DNA of 36,509 nt from Jimgerdemannia flammicorona (Eukaryota): positions 1 to 36,509 of the forward strand of contig RBNJ01000215.1 in assembly GCA_003990765.1 (NCBI GenBank), read 5' to 3'. Every line of letters begins with the position of its first letter. The stretch's first letter is position 1. This document shows positions 1 through 10,743 of this stretch, piece after piece. The notes below the pieces were generated by a model. The model saw only the letters and a program-made list of their open reading frames with translations, was not told where the DNA came from and searched no databases. A program made the position numbers and the translations under genes.

Positions 1-1140
1 ACGGATTTTTATTGGAAGGGAACCTAGACTATATAGGCCAAAACCCTCCCCCACCACTCACCAAACAATATCCCCCCATTAACCTAGGCTACTAAATTGT
101 CCAGCAGTCCCACTGCTCCAGCTATATCTGTTGAACACTAGCTACATCAACCCCCATGATATATACTAGACTTGTCTGCTTACCAGGACTGGATCATCAT
201 TTACACATAAGAGCACACCTACGCATCAGATCTAGTAGCACCAGGACTAAATAAAGAATAGCCCCCCGAACTTCAAAAGAAAGCCTGAGACAAAGAAAAA
301 AACCCTCCAACCAACCAATAGAGAGCAAAGTAGATTCAAAGTGGGTGAGTAAAGGACTTACACATGGGCTAGAGCCTGAAGAGACTCCACTCCCACTCCC
401 CAAGCCTACAGGCCTCGATCACGTTATCATGTCAGCTCCTGGTTTCAGTCGGATACTGCCAAATGAGGAAGGCCCACTCCCCAAGTCTGTAGGCCTTGAT
501 TGTATTGCCGTGTCAGCTCCCAGTTCCAGTTGGGTACAGCCAAGACACTGGCCCCTGCACCACCCCACCCCCCACCAGCCAATTGAAAGGCCCCACTGAA
601 ATATTGTCCACCTTAGCCCCGATGACTACCCCTAGCCTGGTACCCCACTGGTCTACCATAATTGTCCTTCCTCCTATCTGTAACAGCCATCTCCCCTCCC
701 ATCCCGACAACACCTGAAAAACAGTCACCTACACCAGAACCATGCTCACTGGAAAGCTCGCCAAAGCCAGAGGACCCCACCACAGACACCAAGGACCTAT
801 AGGTAATCTACACTGAGCACTTGATGTCCAAGGTGGGCCAACTCTCTATATAGTCTGAGATATACCAAGACACCACTTTGTTGGCGGCAGCAAAAGGAAG
901 AAGGCACTGCACTAAAATGAATATACTCCAGATATAGCTGGAGATACTAGAAACTGCAAAAAAGTGGAGAAGACACTGATCCAACACCAATAAAGGGGCA
1001 ACTCAACACCATTGCCCTCCTCCCACTATGCCCATGCAGGCACAGCAAACCAACCCAAGGTAGAGGGGGTAATAATAGGGGAAAGGGGACTCAGAAGGTT
1101 GCCTACCAAACCTTGTAACTAGTAAGATAGTAGAGAAAAG
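1..1140 (-). mobile_element. Family-A poly(A) retroposon, copy 1 (3' tail lies just outside the window)
   Basis: Colinear with 1848-3012 and 30419-31441; begins ACGGATTTTTATTGGAAGGGAACCTAGACTATA, the sequence ~15 bp inside the poly(T) of the other copies. CpG-depleted. Confidence 0.8.
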
Positions 1141-1159
1141 AGTACTCTGTTTCAATATC

Positions 1160-1340
1160 TTGTCACTCATTTCAATATATCTTATCTTGCTACTTATTTT
1201 AATATACCTTATCTTACCACTCATTCTAATATATCTTACCTTACTGCTTATTCCAACATATCTCACCTTGCTGCTTATTTCAATATGACTTATCTTGATA
1301 CTCATTCTAATATACCTCATCTTACTACTTATTTCAATAT
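1160..1340. repeat. Degenerate 27-bp tandem repeat (~7 units)
   Basis: Units of the type CTTATTTCAATATATCTTATCTTGCTA; ORF 1003..1320(-) shows the 9-aa periodicity (SKVRYIRMS/GKIRYIKIS). Confidence 0.8.
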
Positions 1341-1785
1341 ATTTTGTCTTGAAGATTGACTACTAAATTTTGAAAAAATGTTGAGTTATTTGTGGTATTG
1401 TCTATCATAATGACCAAAACCTATACTTGAAATTTTTAGTTAATAAATTTATGTAAAAATAAATAATCATTAAAATCTGTTTTATTTTAAGACTTCTCTC
1501 AAAATACTAACCAGATAGTAAGCCCTCTCTTTTTATCTTGATTGTGATCCCAAGCTTCTGAATATAACTAATAAAAGTATCTATAATGTTTTTTCTAGAA
1601 TAAGAATCAGTAAGTTTGATAAAGTCAAGAATAAAAGATTTAAGTTACTAATTGAGATCAATGTAATGATCAGTAATGTCCAGAAATGAAATTGTATTAG
1701 AGGATATTTATATATTAATCATAAATAAAATTCTGCCTGCTAAAATCTGTTTATTGAATGTGAGATTAAATTGGTAAGTTCTTTA

Positions 1786-1801
<16 letters not shown>

Positions 1802-1836
<35 letters not shown>

Positions 1837-3025
1837 CTCATAGTCTCGCAGATTTTTATTGAAAGGGAACCTAGACTATATAAGCCAAAACCCTCCTCCA
1901 CCACCCACTGAACAATATTCCTCTATTAACCTAGACTACTAAATTGTCCAGTAGTCTCACCACTCTAGCTATACCTGTCAAATACTAGCTATATTGATCC
2001 CTATGATATAGACTAGACTTATCTGCTCACCAGGGCTAGATCATCATTTATACATGAGAGCACACCTATGCATCAGATCTAGCAGTGCTGGGACTGAATA
2101 AAGAATAGCCCCCCAGACCTCAAAAAAAAGCCTGAGGTAAAGAAAAAACCCCCCAACCAACCAACAGAGAGTAGAGTAGATTCAAAGCAGGTGAGTAAAG
2201 GACTTATATACAGAACCTTCCACAAAGGACTTATACATGGGCTAGGGTCAGAAAAGACTCCACTTCCACTCCCCAAGCCTGCAGACCTTGATCACATTGC
2301 CATATCAGCTCCTGGTTCCAGTCGAGTACAGCTAAATGAGAAAGGTCCCACTCCCCAAGCCTGCAGGCCTTGATTATATTACCATGTTAGCTCTTGGTTC
2401 CAGTTGAGTACAGCCAGGACACCAGCTCCTGTACTACCCCACCCCCCACCAGCTAATCAAAAGGCCCCACCGAAATATTATCTGCCCTAGCCCTGATGAC
2501 CACCTCCAGCCTGGTACCCCACTGGTTCATCATTATTGTCCTTCCTCCTATCTATGATGGCCATCTCCCCTCCCATCCTGACAATACCTAAAAAACAGTT
2601 ACCTATGTCAGAACTGTGCTCACCAGGAAGCTTGCCAAAGCCAGATGGCCCCACCATAGGCACCAAGAACCTGCAGATAACCTACACTGAGTACTTGATG
2701 CCTAAGGTTGGCTGACTCCCTATATAGTCTGAGATATATCAAGACAGCACCTTGTTGATAATGGTAAAAGAAAGAAGATGCCACACCAAAATGAATGTAC
2801 TCCAGACATAACCAAAGGTACTAGAAACTGCAAAAAAGTAGAGAAGACATCAATCTGATATCGATAAAGGGGCAACTCATTACCATTGCCCTCCTCCTGC
2901 TATGCCCATGCAGATACAGCAAACCAACCCAAGGTAGAGGGGGTAATAATAGAGGAAAGGAACTTGGAAGGTTACTTATCAAACCTTGTGACCAGTAAGA
3001 TAGTGGAGAAAGGAGGCAGCCAATA
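1802..3025 (-). mobile_element. Family-A poly(A) retroposon, copy 2
   Basis: Poly(T) 1802-1830 followed by AACAAACTC; flanked by a near-identical TSD TGGT(A/G)AG(T/C)TCTTT(AT)n at 1772-~1801 and 3026-~3052; colinear with copies 1 and 3. Confidence 0.85.
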
Positions 3026-3899
3026 TGGTGAGCTCTTTATATATATATATATAATTCAGCTTACAATGGTTACAATATTGCTCTTATTTATTTATTTTAT
3101 CTGAAGTATCTGGTGAAGATTATCATGTTTCTTCCTATAGATCTCCAGGATATCTTTGTGAATAGTATCAGTACTTGGCAGATATAAATCATGCTTGAGG
3201 AGACCAAAGATGCTATACAACTGATCACTCTTGATGGTTGTGAATAATTGATCTATATATATAATCTAGTAAATAAGTCAATTTTGAAATTTTGCTAAAG
3301 AATATAACTAAATATTTTTGATTAAATAGGGTTATTGATATAGAAATAGTCAGGCAATCAGATAAATATACCCACTATAGCTTGGATATCAATTTTATTT
3401 ATTTCTGTATTCTTTTTAATTTTATTGAAATATTTGTCTTTTATATATCAATACATATTTAAAGTTGACCCATCAAGCATTTTGAACTTTTGGCTGTATA
3501 GTATAAAAGAGTTGATAGAAATAATATTATCTATATATCAAACAAAAGCATTAGTTATATTATAAATGTATCTTCTTTTTTTAATTTTTTATCTATAATA
3601 ATTACAAATAACATTATCTCCAGTTTTAGTATAATGTTACCAGATTTCAGAATGAGAATTGCATGAAAAGTGTAAAACTATCAAAGATGTTTGAAGTATC
3701 ATTGGTACTATGAACTATTGAAGACTAATTTGTTAATATATAGATTTATATATATATATCTGATAGGCTGTACATTTTTGCAGGCAAATTTGCCTACAAA
3801 AATTTTACTATATATTTATTATAAATTTTTTATTAATAATGGCTAATGGTAGGGTTACACAAGGATTTCGCTTGTTAGGACACGTCGATTTCTGAGCAC

Positions 3900-4370
3900 G
3901 TGCCTCTACACAAATTTGCCCTATTTACATAAATTAGGTCAGAGTCGTATCACATATACCACCTCTGCTATGCATATGCTTTTCATCCCCTTTGGGACAG
4001 TATATTATTATATTTTTGTGCTCATGTTATAATAAACTATAATCACTCTTTTCCCGGGTTCCATATTGTGAAAGTCATGTTTCACCCAGAGATGCATGTA
4101 TATTATGTTCTGCAATTTATGGTGACGAATATGAGTGCATGACAGGAAAATAATATCCAGTGGTAGCTAGTTCCTGCGTTTCTAAGAACTTCGGTTCAGG
4201 AAGCTTCGAGTGATTTGGTTGTGGTGGTACAGACGGTTCGATGACCATCTGCATGCGTTCTCTACAGTTTTTGGTGGCATTATCATTGTCGTTTGACTTG
4301 CTGCCCATCATATTCAGGTTACAATGAGCCCAAGTCACCCCAATATGTTGCTATATTCACTGTGGACCTC
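3900..4370 (-). pseudogene. Inverted fragment of the family-B gene 3' end plus its downstream spacer
   Basis: ORF 4117..4338(-) (MMGSKSNDNDN..SVPPQPNHSKLPEPKFLE) matches + strand translations at 6114-6422 (SVPPQPYHSKPPETKFLE) and ~24380-24540; 3900-4110 is the reverse complement of the spacer at ~6430-6710. Confidence 0.65.
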
Positions 4371-4429
4371 CTGTTTGAGACCCTATAGCGTGGCAACCGG
4401 TCGTTACAAAATAAATATCATTCATAATT

Positions 4430-4760
4430 AAGAACGCACGAGTGGAACTTTTGGCTCGACTGGCAGGGCTCTTTTCAAGGCTGCCCGTGTTGTCGGTCAT
4501 ACGGGACTACGAGGATTTGCGGGACCGGTTCGGATGTTGAAACTGAGTGGAATGGAAACACGGGTGGGCTAGTTACCTTCACGTGAACTGAGTTGACGAA
4601 CCTTTCCACTCAAAAGATGCTGGGAAGCGGAGTGCAGGTGCAGACGTCCCTTCGATTTTCTTCCCGACGAGTGTCACATCCTCCGAGTTGTTCGATTGCA
4701 AGGTATTACTATTGATCGGCGACGAAAACTATCGGCGGGGCTTGTGGTCAACTGACTCGA
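4430..4760 (+). pseudogene. Fragment of unidentified family C (convergent partner of the Mcp1-like gene)
   Basis: Nucleotide similarity to 16740-17070, 18800-19040, 22900-23190 and 28800-29175; always followed by the shared spacer and the Mcp1-like 3' end. Confidence 0.5.
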
Positions 4761-5031
4761 TGATAGAGCGACGAGTTGGTGAGGATGTCGGAGGTTGCTT
4801 TGGTGTTTTCTCCCCTCGAAAAAAAGCGAGTATTGCTGGGGAAGTTTGATGTCTGAGTGACTCGCCCGTCAATCAATCCGAGCAGGTGAGATAGTAGGAT
4901 GAACGACATTTGTTTATTACAGTTATTACAGACCATCGTTTACACTACACTTCCGATCCCCCTTTCTGCGTATCTTGTGCTTTCTAACAGCTTATATGTT
5001 ACACTGATGTTCCCTCCTTGGCAGCAATACT

Positions 5032-5904
5032 TCACTGCATCCAGCTCTGCGGTAATATTTTACCATAAATCTTCAAATAATCCAACTTCAACGGAATCTT
5101 GTTCGCCCTCCCAATCACGCCCAATCCACCCACCAGCACGCCCGCCACACCAACCACAACCGCATATCGCTCCGTCCTACCACCACTCCGTGGTACCTTC
5201 TCCACGACATTACTTTTCTTCTTTTTCAATACGCGCCGCACTGCGAACGGCATCCCTGATACGGCATGGTATGCCATCAGCCCGACGAGTCCAACGTGGA
5301 ACCCATACGCTGTGAGTGGCCACCGCTGTAGAGCGAGCGAAATATAAGAAAAGTCGAGGAAGGCCGAGTCTCCGAAATGGCGGCGTGGAAGGAGGCGAAC
5401 AACAACGAAATGAGTGACGACGATGGGAACGAGGAGAAATCCCGAAAATGAGTGGTAGGGGAGGAAGGTCGTGGTTGGAGGCAGAATTGGGACAGAGATC
5501 AACGTTTCGACTACGGTGTTTTTCTCGCTACTGATTTTCTTTCGCTTGAACACGAATTCTTTGATCCCCGCTTTGACGGCCCCGCTGAGGAGGTGGACGG
5601 TGAGGGCACCGAAGGTAAGGACGGGCTCAAGCAGACGGTCCTGGTAAAGGGGGCGGCCGAGAAGGAGATAGCGGTTCGCGAGGTCGAGGCCGCCGAGATT
5701 GGCGGCGGAGATCTGGAGAGCGTGAGTGAGGAGAAAGGTGGAGAAGACGAGGGCGGAGGCTGACTGGATGGTCGTCAGAGTGCCATAGGCGCGGTAGACA
5801 TGCGATGTGGAGGTTGTGTCGGAAACAGGGGTGGGTGTGGTTCCAGGGACAGGGGCGGGTGTGGTTCCAGGGACAGTGACGGGAGTATGGTCGGGGACGG
5901 ACAT
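5032..5904 (-). CDS. Mcp1/DUF1691-like multi-pass membrane protein (mitochondrial Vps13 adaptor family), intact, ~290 aa from the first ATG
   Basis: Uninterrupted ORF with family-like segments QSASALVFSTFLLTH, YLLLGRPLYQDRLLEP, HLLSG, HSFSGFLLVPIVVTHFVVVRLLP and YHAVSG, plus several hydrophobic helices. First ATG is at 5904 (the ORF track starts at GTG 5940). Family recognised from memory, not by search. Confidence 0.75.
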   Translation of the reverse strand: MSVPDHTPVTVPGTTPAPVPGTTPTPVSDTTSTSHVYRAYGTLTTIQSASALVFSTFLLTHALQISAANLGGLDLANRYLLLGRPLYQDRLLEPVLTFGALTVHLLSGAVKAGIKEFVFKRKKISSEKNTVVETLISVPILPPTTTFLPYHSFSGFLLVPIVVTHFVVVRLLPRRHFGDSAFLDFSYISLALQRWPLTAYGFHVGLVGLMAYHAVSGMPFAVRRVLKKKKSNVVEKVPRSGGRTERYAVVVGVAGVLVGGLGVIGRANKIPLKLDYLKIYGKILPQSWMQ

Positions 5905-6019
5905 GGTAGTTGTGTCGTTGATGAGGAACAAATACGTCACCCATTAACCCCGGAAATTTCGCAAGCTGACGTCACAAATCATCAGGTGATATTTGCTGCG
6001 GCAGCGAGCACGTGAGAAG

Positions 6020-6422
6020 ATAGACTTCCAAACTAAGTTCATCAAATATCTAACACCCCGATAAATTACCGCCGTCCCAATATCGTCATAGTGTTGATCC
6101 CGACCCCAGTATTTTGGCCAGAGCACATGGTAGAAAATATCGCGGCAACAGCCAATGTAAGCAACATATTGGTGTGTGTGCAATCAGAGATGCACCGGAG
6201 AAGAATAAGACGGTCGTTGAGCCGCGAGTGGAAGCTAGCTGCCAAGATGAGATGTCTGTACCACCACAACCATACCACTCCAAACCCCCAGAAACGAAAT
6301 TCTTGGAAATGGGCATGATCACAGCAACCAGCTTCCGCTGGGTGATATTATTTTCCTGCAGTGACTTTGGCGCGTCATATCCTGCAAATTTATTTCCTCA
6401 CTGCAAGTTGCAGGCGTTGTAG
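6020..6422 (+). pseudogene. Family-B remnant (N-terminal half related to the Zn-cluster genes, different C-terminus)
   Basis: Frameshifted segments HGRKYRGNSQCKQHI and EPRVEASCQDEMSVPPQP; colinear with 15040-15350 and 24150-24600. Confidence 0.6.
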
Positions 6423-6729
6423 CGTATACATGCATCTCGGGTGTGGAACGCGACTTTCACAATATGGAACCCAAGAAAACACAAGAAACTGTAATGATCT
6501 TAATTTATTAGAACATGGGTATAAAGACATAATAATAGACTGTCCCAGAGGGAACGGAAAGAATATGCATAGAAGAGTGGGTATATGAGAGTGAGGCTAT
6601 ATATATAAAAAGCCCAAGTCGAGGCTACGTCTTATGTGGACGTGATACTCAAATAAATGATTCCGAACCCAATCAGGATTGGCTTTATGTAAATTGGAAA
6701 AATTGAGATCGAGTACCTCAATTTAGTGG

Positions 6730-7782
6730 TAGAGCAGTTGGATGTGCTCGTCAGTAGTATTTTACAGCGTGCTGGGATCGGTTGTGTCGACTTCGACGTC
6801 CTTGAGGTCGCGAAGGTACACCATAATAGGATAACATTCTTGTGGGAAGAGCCAGTGTTCTCTATTGAGGATATTGTTGATCTTTCCGATACCGCCGTGC
6901 TTCCTAAGAATTTGGAGATATGGATTGAATTTGTACCGACCGTGGCAGCTGTTGGTCCTGGAGACGATTTGGAGCAGAGATTTAAGAGCCATTTTTCTAA
7001 TATCCTCATCGGTATCATCAAGCTTGTTGCAGAGGTTTGTGATGATTGAGGTGGACCGCGTGCTGTTTCCAAGGCAGGTCCTACCGAGTTGTTCGCAAAG
7101 AGAGCACGGTACATTGCCAAAGCATTTTTTGTTGCTGTTCTTGCACCAAACACAAGCCTTCCCCGGAGATTTTCTTTTCTCTCTCTTGTCGGTAACGTGG
7201 AGTCGACAACGCTTTTTTTTTTTTCTTGCAGTCGGGACACTTGCTATACCGTACAGGATTTGTGGCGGCGATAGACGTGCTGGACAATTGCAGCGTGTCA
7301 CTTGTAGAGTATTGTGTCAAGAGGGAAGGTTGTCCAGCGGACGCACCAAATCTGTTCGGCAACAGAATTTGCGTGACTTCAACGCTATCAGGTAATTACA
7401 ATGCCGTTGGTTTCTGAGATGTTCGCCGAAACTATAGAATAAGCTCGGGAAATGGCTCTGGGTGGTAGGCTGGGTTGGGCTCCAATACTTGAATACTTTC
7501 GTCATTGCGCTCCTCCATGTCGATGCTGCCTTGTTCTTCGAATGGGACAGTGGTATTGGTACCGTAATCGGGATGGCTTTGGAAATTATAGGCGACGAGT
7601 TGATCGAGGTACCCGTTTAACCCACCGCCACTTTTGGTATGTTGCTGCCACAAAGTTTTCGGGGTGGTGGAGTTGTGTTGTTACCCAAATCGGGGTTATT
7701 CTGGAGGATATTGCCATCGCCACCATATTCTCCGATCGCTATACTAAGGTCGGAATCACCGCCGTGATGATATAGAGGGATG
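6730..7782 (-). pseudogene. Zn(II)2Cys6 protein paralog, 5'-truncated and frameshifted
   Basis: Encodes ACVWCKNSNKKCFGNVPCSLCEQLGRTC; the homologous peptide is split over ORFs 7432..7653, 7317..7505, 7081..7362 and 6762..7301, with one shift in the T run at 7213-7224. Confidence 0.8.
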
Positions 7783-7951
7783 CCCATACAGATGCATAAG
7801 CGGGTGTGAACTGGTATGAGCCGGAAGGAATATAAGGCAACTTATATATATCATCGTCGAATTCCTTCGGCAAGTCATAAGAAATTTGGTTTGCGATCTT
7901 GGTGAGCTGGAAAAGCAATTTACAATCACAGTGGCTTGAGTTTAACAAACA

Positions 7952-8191
7952 TGAGACAGAGTTGAGATAGCTTTAACAAACATTACACGCTATGCACAGG
8001 CCAATCGGGCCGGTCTTGCTATTGTCAACAAACACTGAGTTGATCGTTTCGGTATGCTCGTTATCTGAGACAGAGTTGAGATAGCTTTAACAAACATTAC
8101 ACGCCATGCATAGGCCAATCGGGTCGGTCTTGCTATTGTTAACAAACAATGCACAGTGCGCTGAGTTGATCGTTCCGGAGTGCTCGTTATC
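7952..8191. repeat. Tandem duplication, 114 bp + 126 bp
   Basis: TGAGACAGAGTTGAGATAGC...GCTCGTTATC at 7952-8065 and 8066-8191; the second unit has a 12-bp extra segment. Confidence 0.9.
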
Positions 8192-9247
8192 TTTAAAATA
8201 CGATCGCACTGTTCGCTAAAGTAAGAGTTCTATTCGGGACATCCAGGACCTGGGAAACTGCCAAATGTTTGTTATCTCGGCTATCTTTTGGTCCTTCTGT
8301 ATATAAAGAAATCCATTGATGAATCGTCACGCGTCAGCCATGCAATATCCTTGAGTGACGTAACGTTGTGGGTGTCAATGTGAAACGCGTAAATGCTCTT
8401 GTTCTCCTTTTTTTTTTCTTCTTGCACCCGCAACTCTGTTCTTTCAATCGGGGTTCTTTCAATCAGGGGAAATCCTCAAACACAAAAATTTCAGCATGCC
8501 TCCGAGTAACCTCGGGACTATCTAGGTAAGTTGTGGCAGCTAGGGTTTCAGCAATGCTTTGGGTTCGCGAGGTCTGACGTCCTCGTGTGATGGGTTCGTG
8601 AGGGGCAGCAGGGATGTTGTGAGCGACTGTGGAATATTGTTTAAAGTATGACCGGAAAACGGCAAAATATTAATAAAAAAAGAAATATACCATGAAGCCG
8701 ATGAGATTTTTTAGTCTTTGAAATCTCGACCTCGAACCAAAGAGCTTGAACAGCGATGTATTATACGCTGATCGCATGTTTCTTTGCCTGGAAGCACTGG
8801 AATTCTGATAGTTCAAATCTGAATCTTTGTTATCTTCAAACTACCAGCCTTCGTTCGATGTGTATCGCATGGCCAGCTTACCAACATTAACTGCTTTGCC
8901 AGCCGGCATTGTTTATGCACAGCCATGACTTTCGTCCTCTTTGGACTTTTGCGTCGAGTTTTGGAGATACAATCGGTTATCCGGCGACCGCCTTTGACAT
9001 GCTCATTTATGGATATTACATACGTGCATACAGGTCATCGTACTAAGGACATGTCGTTGTACAGAGGAAAAAAACCAAAAAAAAAAAAAAGTACATCTTA
9101 ACTCATTTATTATATATTGGCCGCAGCACAGCACAGCATAGCACAGCACATGTATATGTATATAAGTGAGCGTCAATGTCGCTGTAAATCGATACCAAGA
9201 ATCAAGAATCAAGCATCAAACATTAAGCATCAACGCTTACTACAATA

Positions 9248-9632
9248 ATGAACGCCCGTGTCTTCGCCATTCTCCTCAGTTGCCTGTCACTCGCGGCGGC
9301 CCAAGCGTCGAGTGTCACAGTCACTTTCGGTTACGGAGGCCTCGTCGTGAAAGACTCTGCTGGTAGTAAACGTCACCGTCACCTTGAACCTCAACACATG
9401 CCTTGCGGTGCCGATGCTAGCTTCCAAAATATTCCTGATGTCTCGGACAAAGCTGTTGTCGCCATCTACACCAGCCCCGGACTACAACACCGCTTTCGAA
9501 TGGTATTACATTAATGGCTCTACCGTCTCCCATATGGACTTCAAATACAGGTCTCTCCAATATATCAGCAGTGTAGTCCGAACAAGCCTAGCTCGACGCT
9601 CATGTACAGCACCATGTCTAAGCATGTGGTGA
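9248..9632 (+). pseudogene. Small secreted protein gene, apparently frameshifted
   Basis: Signal-peptide-like N-terminus MNARVFAILLSCLSLAAA-QA; protein-like sequence alternates between frames (VNVTVTLNLNTCL / ADASFQNIPDVSDKAVVAIYTSP / NTAFEWYYINGSTV). Confidence 0.5.
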
Positions 9633-9668
9633 CGTCAATGAGCATTATCATTGCTTTGGTGTTGCAGT

Positions 9669-9914
9669 TAGTGCTCCCAAATGAATTGAATCAATTTGAA
9701 TTGAATTGAATTGAGGTCCAATTTAATTTAAAATTAAGAGTTAAACTTTGAAATGTATTAACTTGACCAAAATACATTCAAATTTGATGATCTTTATTGT
9801 GCTAGATTCTCCTAGATAAGGCCAACATTTGGACATGTTTTCATTGAGTTATTGAATTTCAAAAATTAAGGTTCAAATTGAAATTTGATTTGATTCAATT
9901 TATTCTGAGCACTA
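9669..9914. mobile_element. 246-bp hAT-type MITE
   Basis: Imperfect TIRs: TAGTGCTC..AATTGAATCAA on the left, TTGATTCAATT..GAGCACTA on the right. 8-bp TSD GTTGCAGT (9661-9668) / GTTCCAGT (9915-9922); AT-rich non-coding interior. Confidence 0.8.
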
Positions 9915-10743
9915 GTTCCAGTGATGTATGCCTAGTTAACCACTGCAAGCAGTAACTGACTTGCATTGAAAAGCTATGTTGGCAGCACCATATAATTAAA
10001 ACAGTAATTCAATTACATTTTCTTCAAAGCTATATAGACTATTGCCTGCACATATATCCCCCCCTCCTCATAATTCCAAAGGCTTGAAATACTGGGCGGG
10101 CATCTTCATAAAATATTGAATCGGGTGGGGTATTTTTCGTGGACGGGTGTCACGTTTACGAACATGAATATGGCTTAATTGTATAGTCAAGACTGAAAAA
10201 AAAAACCCTTTTCCAAACCAGTTGTCAACCCTGAAGAAAGCCGCTGACTCCCTTAAGAGTATCATCTAACAAAAATATCAAGAATATGTGGCGTCAAATC
10301 CGTGCTTTGGGCATTTCGCATTTCTTTCCTTTTTATATGTTTCATTCCATTTCTACGGAAATCGGTCGTCGGCAAACGCTTAGTGTTGCATCGTAGCAGC
10401 AACGTCAAACATGCCGTCAAACACGCGCACTTGATGGCATGGGCAATGCGCATATTTGTTTTTAGATTGCAGCGTTGACAGGCCACGTGTCCTTGTCAGC
10501 ATAGCGAGTATTCACTGTTGTCAAGGTCGTTTGCAATCACTTTGGAGGTGTCTTTAGATGCAACTTTCCGAGGTTACTGTATTCGTAGATAATGCGTGAC
10601 ACTTCGAGCTTCTCATATTTGTTCGCGGCAGCGTAATAACAGTTGTGACAACATTGCAAGAACGTTCGTAAGAGCAAATAGGGAACAGATTTTGTTTATT
10701 TATACAATATTTCGATAATTATAAACATGCATTGCGGTTCAAT

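Noticed and set aside
197..3104. Short ORFs within family-A repeats as genes
   Set aside because: Frames and stops differ between the three copies and no domains are recognisable.
3774..3803. 30-bp near-perfect palindrome ATTTTTGCAGGCAAATTTGCCTACAAAAAT
   Set aside because: Real but isolated in AT-rich eroded DNA; no partner terminus or TSD found, so no function can be supported.
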